A stretch of DNA of 64,000 bases, taken from the NCBI GenBank assembly GCA_012295275.1, contig CM022669.1:62001-126000 (forward strand). The letters are read 5' to 3'. This DNA comes from Chrysomallon squamiferum. Its lineage: Eukaryota > Animalia > Mollusca. The position numbers and the translations under genes are program-made. Position 1 is the first letter of the stretch, and each line of letters starts with the position of its first letter. This document shows positions 54,726-64,000 of the stretch, piece by piece. A model generated the notes under the pieces. The model did not search any database. It was not told the DNA's origin and worked only from the letters and a program-made list of their open reading frames with translations.

Positions 54726-54962
54726 ATATCTACAACGTCTGCAACTGCCGCATCAATTAATTTGCCAATAAAAACAACAACAAAAAAGAATCATTCTTCA
54801 TAGTCTGTTTTATATTTTGTGATCTAAACACTGCAAAATGCTAATACAACAAATCTATCTACCCATCTATCTATCTACCATCTATCTCTCTATCTAGCCA
54901 TCTATATATCTACCCATCTATCTGTCTATCTATCTATCTATCTATCTAACCATCTATCTACC

Positions 54963-54996
<34 letters not shown>

Positions 54997-55993
54997 ATAT
55001 ATATATATATATACAGCGGCATGTTTATGTACGACACAATTTCTTCTTAGAATCTGTAAAAAATGTTGCTTTCTGTACTCCACTGGTTATTCGAGTGAAC
55101 AAAATACAATGTTGTATAGCACAGGGTGGGAAATAGTATGACACAAAATACACATTAAATTTGTTCGTTTGACGATCGAAATTTAAATTATAATATAACC
55201 AAAAAGGCCTACGTGCAGAACACGATACTGCTTGAACTAGCTGATATGTATTTTGACATTCATTTTATTTTAATTTTATAAATATTTTTTTTATATGTTT
55301 TCCTATTTAACCCATTATGACCGATTAAGGATTTGATGTCCAGTAAATCTACAAGTAAACTCTCACAAATGCTTTATTTCTATGGTCAGATATTACATAA
55401 TGTAACAAACATCCTCAGTTAATTAGTGTGATGTGATAAGTATAGTGATGTATGTAAATGTATGTCGGACTGAACGTAGTAGAAAATGCTTGTTCTCGAG
55501 GGGGCATGTTGCATGGTTGCTGTGGGACCATTCTTACCTCCTAACACAACTAATTTGCTTACTGGCTTTGAACAATACGCAACAGTATTGTAAACAATGT
55601 ATTTTAGCGCAGTGGCAATAGGGTCATCTTGATAAGACTTCGGGAATTTCCGACGTGTTTTCCTAGGCCGTCACTGTTCACGAACTCCACCGACAGCACG
55701 CGATGCACTTAGCATTAATATCATACTAGTGTTACACACCTATTGAAAAAGCTTTTAAAATTAGGTAATAAAGGTTTTTCTTCGTAGGTATGTGACAAAA
55801 TATTTAAAACATCATTTTCCTACAAAATTATATATCATCAGAAAGAGCAAAAAATATAAAATAAAATTAAAATAATACCAAGATATCTTTGATATCACTG
55901 ATATTTTGAACAAAGTTTTTTTTTTTCAGAATCTATTGCGAAACAGTGATTCATATCAGTCAACTGGCAACATTAACACTGAATATCTCATAC

Positions 55994-56193
55994 NNNNNNN
56001 NNNNNNNNNNNNNNNNNNNNNNNNNNNNNNNNNNNNNNNNNNNNNNNNNNNNNNNNNNNNNNNNNNNNNNNNNNNNNNNNNNNNNNNNNNNNNNNNNNNN
56101 NNNNNNNNNNNNNNNNNNNNNNNNNNNNNNNNNNNNNNNNNNNNNNNNNNNNNNNNNNNNNNNNNNNNNNNNNNNNNNNNNNNNNNNNNNNNN
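55994..56193. other. Assembly gap (200 N)
   Basis: Run of N; the sequence on either side is unrelated. Confidence 0.99.
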
Positions 56194-58724
56194 AGTAATT
56201 AATACAGGAACTGATTTTATGATCCAGAATTTTTTTCAATTTTTAAAAAACAAATATTGTTCATTAATAGTTGCCATTTGTAAGTAGTGCTACTTATTAA
56301 GTAATATTAAGCATTGCTTTGCTATTTTTATTTTGGTGTAACTTGATAATGAACAGTCAAAATGTAGATATTTTCATTGCACATTTAGAATTAACATATT
56401 AGTTTTTGTCTTGCCTATCTTTTGATACAGTATGCAAAGATTTCCACCCTTGCAGAGAAAGCATTAGTGAAATATTGTGTGTGTAAAGTGCTTGTGTTAT
56501 ATAATTATGAGATTTGGTTGAAGAAAAATCAGTTTTATCATAACATTGAACACACTGGTATGACTAAAATCTGTCTACCAACAGAAAATTACTTCTTTGT
56601 TTAACTAATTTAAATGTTTGGGTCAAGTGGACGGAATCATTTCCAAAATATGTTTTGAAAAACAATATATAATTTTGTAAGCTTCACCACAGCATTTAAT
56701 AATAAAATGATGAAGAAACCATGAGTTTTGCAAAAAAATTAGAAACAATTTATAGCTTTTAAAAAGGGAATAATAAATGATTGAATTGCTATAATATAGA
56801 TGCATTTGTAGCAAAGCAAAATTGTTTAGATTTGCAAGACTGTTTTATTTGTGTATTATTATTTGTAAAGATTGGATTTTCTATTTATAATCACATCAAT
56901 AACTTATCTTGATATAATGTACAAATGTGTTTTTTCGGTATATCTCAACAATAAATCTTATAAAACATTTTTAAAATTAATTTAGAATATTTAAAATATT
57001 TTGCTGTAAATATAACAACAAAATACGAAATAATACTACTACTAATAATAAACATTGCCTGATTTTGTAAATGGTTAAATATTTAATACAACTGAAAATG
57101 ATTTTTGACTGAATTCATAGAAATATAAAAAAAAAAAAACCTCCCCACCCCTGTTTTGTTACACCATAGTATGATTAGTGAAGTAAAGATCAATGCATAG
57201 AAAGCCCAAATTGTGAAATTGAAATCTATCAGACTTCCTTTATTACCTGGAATTATCATGATAAATGATATGAAGCACTGCATTAACAATGCCAAACATA
57301 ATAATAATAATAATAATAGTAAAAAAAAAAAATAGTGGTGATGGTTGTAATAATTATATTTTACAGTTTGTTATTTACAGATTTGTGAAAGGAACTATTT
57401 ACTTTTAGAAATACCATCAGTCATAAAAAGTTTTAACGTATAAAAACCCATCACATGTTGCTTGGAGTTTTATCAAGAAACATACCAAAAGTCACTGCTG
57501 GTCAGTTTTAACAAAAAAATTGGATCACGTCATTAGTTTTTCTAGACACCACGCATATTGGTAGAACAAAACTTAATAGGATTATTAACTTTTGAAATAA
57601 ATCAAGTATTGTTCCCTGAATTGTGGGTGTATACATATATATATGTAGTACACACATACACCCATTTAATATTTAATCTATGTAGTCTTTAAATGTACCA
57701 TCAACTTTGTAACTTCTTCAATTGACTAATTACTAAAATAAAATTATTTCAATCATAAGCAGAAAAAGTTAAATTAATGAATAAAAAGGAAAAAGAAAAG
57801 AAAACGATAGTTCATTGATAAATCATGGATCACATTCGTGTGCGAGTTTTGTAATGAATATATGACAACTATTGGCATTATTGTTTCTTGCAGCCATGTA
57901 GATAACTAAAATAAAACAACGCGATTATAATTTTTTGTCCAAAGAGTCAATAAAGACAGTTTTTATTATCAACTACAATCAAATATTTTATTTTTATTTT
58001 TCATTTTCATTTATTCTGAACTTATTTAATTATTTTATTATTGTTGTTACTCACCTAATGTATGGTTAATACTTTCCAGCATGAAATAGTACTGTTGCTG
58101 TTTCCATTTACTTGTTAGCTGTGAATTCTGTGCCATGTGCTGGTTCAAATGTTGAAATGATCACAGCCACTGGAATAATAAAGATAGCACACCAGTTAAG
58201 ATTCTGTTCTCCCAGAGATGAAACTATTTAACTGGTGTAGAAATAAGTAATATAAAATCAGTTTACAGAGTTCAATTTGTTTTTAGTCTAATGTTTCAAA
58301 TTTCGTTAAATAGAAAAGAGATAAATTTGTATTATGTTTTCGATCTTAAAACATTTTAAATTATGAGTATAAAGATATACAATACAAATAACTTTAAAAA
58401 AAAGAAAAGAAAGATTAATGAATAAACATTAACCTCCCGAAAAACCCCAACAACAACTAAAAAGATATTTAAAATCACTGAACTATTAATGAATGAATCT
58501 GAAATGAAGGGGAAATAAAACTATCACTGTTACCAAATTTAATATATGATCTGTTTTCTAAACTTGAACTTTACTGTGCTGCACTTTACTTTTAATCATT
58601 ACTAGTTGGTGGTTTTTGAGAATACCACAGTAATGGCAAGTACCTTTAGTTGTCTGTCATCACATAGATGATGGTTACCAAAATGAAACTGGAGATGATA
58701 TCAAAAAATAAGTAAATTTTATTA

Positions 58725-58763
<39 letters not shown>

Positions 58764-60253
58764 ATTTTAAAGACTGGAAGAAAAGAAGAAAGAAATATTA
58801 GTGAGACACTACACATTACAAAAAGTGATTTGTGTGTGTGTGTGTGGGGAAAGACAATTCATTGTTGCTGAAATAAATATTTTTTAACTTATGCATAAAA
58901 GGAAAGGTGTTCATTTGAACTATGTTGTGACATTGTCATTATAATCACCATCAAGGTAAATGTATGAACTTACCTTTTGGGATTCTTCATTTCTACACTA
59001 ATGTAATTTAGATTTTTTCTAAATGAACTGATGAACAATGACAATAATAGAAATGTACTACCAGGCTTCCACATAACCGGCTTTTAAAGTTATTAATTAT
59101 TATCTGATTAAATACTTTCATTGTTTATTTCATATGTTAAAATTTATTATGCTTTACATCACCAAAAAACTCAGAAATCCTGATCAACTCCAACTGACAG
59201 ATAAATAGTTGGGTATCTGAAGTTCACTAACAAATTCGATAAAAAAAATTACTAATAGATAAAAATGTTTTGTTGCTAGTTATTTGAACATACCAATTCT
59301 AACATACTAAGCCATTTATTCTTATGTATACCTAGTTCAAGTTGTCATATTAAAATCGGTGAAAAATTATCAGTGGCAGAGACGTTTCCCTGGACCTAGG
59401 GCAGCGTAATATATAATACAAACCAGCCTTTCCTAGCATAAGAGTGGCATAGAATACTTGAGCTGTGGCTTACATGATTCGTTGGTTTCTTGAAACCCCG
59501 AGAACAGTTCCATTTTGCCAAATGGTTTACAGATCATTTAAAAAAAGTTATGATTGTTATCATTTTCATTATTTTCATCGACATCGTCTCTATCATCATA
59601 TTATCAATATCATCATCAGTATTAATGTACTAATTTTTGATAATTGTATATAGTAAACTGTTATATACCATTTGTTTTAATGTATATGTGATGGAGTGAA
59701 TAGAAATAATTATGAAATGACTGCACTTTATTTAATTGAAATGTTCAATAATGAATAAATTCAAATGTACAGAATGAAGATTCTAATAACTTACCTTGAC
59801 CTAATCAATGATAATTGAAAAACGAGAGCAAGAACCTTTGCCAGAGTAAACAACACTTGAAGTCAGGCTGCTAAACCCATTTAACAAAGCGATCACGACA
59901 GAATTTTTTTTTTATTAAAACATTATTGGACTAAACATTAGGGATGGCAGGGGCAAACTGATAAATTTTGCAAGCATTCTGTCTAGTAAAGACTTCTAAC
60001 ATCTGTGCATTACAGGTTGTAGAATGATATTGAAACGATTTATCCCATCATAGATATATGACAACAAAATCTAGTAGTACTTCCCTAACTATCAAGTTGT
60101 TGGTGTTGTTGTTATTGTTATTCATTGTAGTAGCTATAGTAGCAAGCATTATGTTTGTGAATGTGGTTTATGGTCTTATTATGCATTACATGTGTGTGCG
60201 TGTGTGCGTGTGCAAATACTCCAAATGTAAATACGTTTTCACGAGGATACATT

Positions 60254-61547
60254 GGGGTCATTCTGTGACAACCCAACCAGAGCTCTTCAGGTGACCATCT
60301 CTGATTTTGATACAATTTAACTCATTTGTGCAGTCATATAAATGACGGACACGTGCAAAGATTTGGACCAAATTCCTATTAATAGTAACTGATCAAATTT
60401 TTGGTACTTGTTACTATGTAAAGATGTCTCAGGCTATTTTTAAAAGCTAATAACTTCATTCATTATAAAGATATTGAGCTAAAATTTCAGACGTTGCATA
60501 CTTCATATCTGGAGAACCTAAGAATGGCTTCATAATGCATACATTTATGATAAAAAATATTATTGAATATTGTGATGAAGAAAATGATGTGCTTACTGAA
60601 ATGGTCAGAAGTTCTCTCCTGGCCTTCAGCTTCACTAAAAGATCAGTGTTGGTTCAGTTTCGTAACATCATTTGTTCACTAGTGCACAAATATACATGGA
60701 TATAGTGTTTGATTTTATAAACTCTCTACTCAGAATAACATTTAGACGAAAAATAAATTTACCAGTATTTCTATAATTAAATATGGATATAAAAATAAAA
60801 GTAAAGTTCTTGCGCAGTAATTCAAGTATTTACTTCAACCTCTTAAACGGGGTCTTGAGAGTTAAGTTTATTTACCAATGAGGAGATGTGAGACACAAAG
60901 TAAAAAATTGGTACACATATGGAAAATAATTACAAGTTAATCAAATTAAAAGCTATTGGTACTAGGTGATTGCCCGCATGGTCAAATCACTACAGTATAC
61001 TATCATATTTTTCAGATTTTGTAATTGTTTTCTCAATTTTGGATCCTAACTACATTATTAATATTTTTTAATGGATTCAGATAATCTTTCCCATAAACAT
61101 ACATCCACAGGTCCATACTTCAAATTAATCAACATTTTTTGTCTATGATAGTTATAAAGTAAGAGATCTTCAAAATATGAAAATTATGTTTTGAATGATT
61201 AAAAAACTAAATTTAGATGTCTCCTGATCACAAACTACCATTGTAATTTACAAAATAAGACCATTTTTAGATTCTCCAGGTATGAAATATGTAAATAGTA
61301 AATTTAGCTCAATATCTTTATAATAAATGAAGTTATTAGCTTTTAAAAATAGCCCGAAACATCTTTACATGGTTACGAGTGGCTAAATTTAATCACCATA
61401 ATTTCAAAACTAATAGGAATTTGTTCCCCAAATTTTACGTTTCCATTAGTTATGTGGGTGCTTAACAGAGGTGAAATTTTTATCAAAATCGGACATCATT
61501 AACCAGGAAATGTCCTGGAGTTTGGTTATTTTGGCGTGGAATGATCC
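60254..61547. mobile_element. Non-autonomous DNA transposon with long imperfect terminal inverted repeats
   Basis: AAAAGCTAATAACTTCATTCATTATAAAGATATTGAGCTAAAATTT (about 60442-60487) is matched in reverse complement at about 61300-61345. Inverted similarity spans about 60360-60527 versus 61261-61430. Termini read GGGTCATTC...GAATGATCC. No transposase ORF. Confidence 0.75.
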
Positions 61548-64000
61548 ATTTCTGAAATAATTACACAATTTTGCCAATAATAACTGTTTATTATACTGAT
61601 ACAATCAAAGGTGGCAGTTAAAGAACAGCTTTATATTTTTTAAAACAACATCTTTGAATCTGTGAAAAAAAAGCCCTAAGAAACAAGAAATAAAATACAA
61701 CAGAAAATGAAAATTTATATAAAAAAGTCAACAAATTTCATATTGGACGTAGAGCTATAGCTGCAACTAATTTCTTGGGAGATTCTGTCAGCCCACACGT
61801 CAGTGAATGTGTCCATATTATCCGCGAATGTGAGAAAGATGGCGCTAACAGACAACGTTCTGACGTTCACACAAACAGAAAATCCGAGACGTTGCACATA
61901 GCATCTCTAAAGCAAGCGCATTCTCATCCATATTTCTTTGCAAACCACACATAGAAATGGAAAGTTTTGAGTGTAAATCATCTTCCAAAAGTCTCTTGTA
62001 ATACTTTTTAAAAATAGGAAATTACACATTATTTCTATACATGTGAAATGTATCGGTTCGCATTTTAACATTCTTATTTGTATTTTAGAAAGATTACAGG
62101 TTATCAAAGAAAGCTCTCTGTCAGGTAGAGATAAATAATTATTTATTTATCTAGACACAGACATAAACTTTTAATACGCCTTAAGTCTCTTTAAAAGTAC
62201 TGTCCACCCTCAGTTTCATGGACCAACTGAGAGAACAGGTCCGGAAAATTGAAAAAGACTGACATTGCGAATGTAAAGATTAACACTAAAATTTACCGAA
62301 ACATTAAATTTTATACAGGATCAGCTATATATCACAGTGATATAATAATGTAAGAACTATACAGTCATAAAAAAATGTGGATCGAAAGAAGATTGCTTAG
62401 TGGAACTCGGAATAATTTAATAGTACAGTTTCAAGCGGGAAATATGCTCTGGAGTAGAATGGGCCAGTGGGCCAACCTACCCCGACCCGACTTGTCCCAG
62501 TCAGCGTTTTATTATGACCTTTCGTTCCTGACCAGCAATTGTCAGTTCGTTCATATCTAATAATATTTCTAAGTTTTTTTTTTTTCAGAATTGCATGCCA
62601 CAAAAACTACATTTGAAAGTAAAAAACCTTTAGCTATATATAAGAAACTAAATGTGGCAAAAACAAAACTTACAATGCCAAATCAAAGAGCATTTCTTGG
62701 TAGGTTGAAAACTGGCGCGTATAAAGTACAAAGAATGAGGTAGATCCAATTAACAAAAAGTAATAAGTGAACGAAAAACGGAAAGACAATCAGTTCTACA
62801 CCGTTAATTCTTTGCTGGCCTAACTTGCCCCGAGTTGGCTCGGTTTCTCCTATACATGAAATTCCTGTATTATTCATATTTTGGCTAAAGTGAAACATAG
62901 TATAATATCACTGGGACATTTATATTTAAAGAAAAGATTAACAGTTATCAGAAATATACAAATACCATCAGAAGTAAATTAACAATTTGACATAAAACGT
63001 GTAAAATTGTAAATAGTGATGTTAGTAACTCTTCTTACCCCGCACAACCAGTTTCGTCAATTTGCAGAAATAATGAATATGCGTTTACCGAGAAATATCA
63101 GTAATGTTTATTTTCCCATGCGAAACCTAATACAGACAAGATAATTATTATAAACAGTAATCCATGTTACTGAAGTTACGCCAAGACATTTAATAAACTG
63201 TGCACTGTAGCATCTTCAAATTAAATAACAGTCCACAAGGAAAAATGGGAAGTAAAATGCTTAGAAATATAATTACTGACTCATCTTTAATCTTTAATAT
63301 TTTAATTACGTATTAAAATGAAACACAAAGCCCTAAATTAATTATTGATCTCATCTGATCTGTAGCACGGTTACACGTAAATCCATGATTAACCAAATAT
63401 GAAAATACTTACCTTCACTAACAATTATCTAAAACGTGTCATGTCAAGGGCCACTGTGCAATGCCTTGCTTAAACGCTTAACTGCAGATGCCATATATAG
63501 TCATGTCACATGTCCCAAAAGGAGGCAGTAATCTCTGCTTATCTTGCTAGCATTTACTCTTCTCAGATAACTTTTAAGAACTAATTACTATAAAAACATT
63601 AAATAATGACCTTTACAGAATAGGAAATGGTTATTGTTTCTCTATCCTATACACTTCCCAGTTTAAAATATTGCTATGCTAGGCAACACCAAAACGGTTA
63701 ATACTATTTTTGATATACGTAATAAAATCATTCTCACTTACGAACAATTCTAATTTTCGGAGAGATCTTTAGGGAATTTAATGCCTGGGTTACGGCTGTT
63801 ACAGCGAGGAAGTCTATGTCGTCTGTCTGGAAGATGATCAGTCTGGGTATTTGAAGATGTCACAGTTCTTGTTGCAGGTGCTGCTGCCTCCTTATGACTC
63901 GGTTCTATTTAAAGGAGTGACATGTCATAGGAGTGACGTAACAAAAAGGAGTGAAACCTCAGATATAAATTTCAAAGGAGTGACAACCATACAACCATCC

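Noticed and set aside
55906-56287. ORFs spanning the N run
   Set aside because: Artefacts of translating the gap.

Overview
AT-rich, microsatellite-rich animal genomic DNA. A MetaSINE-like repeat suggests a mollusc, probably a gastropod (inference). The main content is a tandem cluster of three 4-coding-exon cGAS-like receptor genes (cGLR, Mab-21/cGAS nucleotidyltransferase family) on the + strand at 5065-9567, 16424-20667 and 48540-52995. Each carries a different lesion in this assembly: a mutated splice acceptor, a nonsense codon plus frameshift, or exon-1 frameshifts. They also differ at the first catalytic acidic residue (Q,Q,E) and show many amino-acid-changing substitutions against nearly identical introns. 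Between copies 2 and 3 lies an array of about seven 2.5-kb units. Each unit carries NF-kB/CRE/CCAAT/TATA motifs and remnants of two paralogous small Cys-containing type-II membrane protein ORFs (A and B). Bases 1-12.5k are duplicated at 43.5-56.0k, and the duplicate ends at a 200-N scaffold gap. After the gap the sequence is apparently non-coding and contains a long-TIR non-autonomous DNA transposon. All calls come from manual reading and translation; no searches were run.
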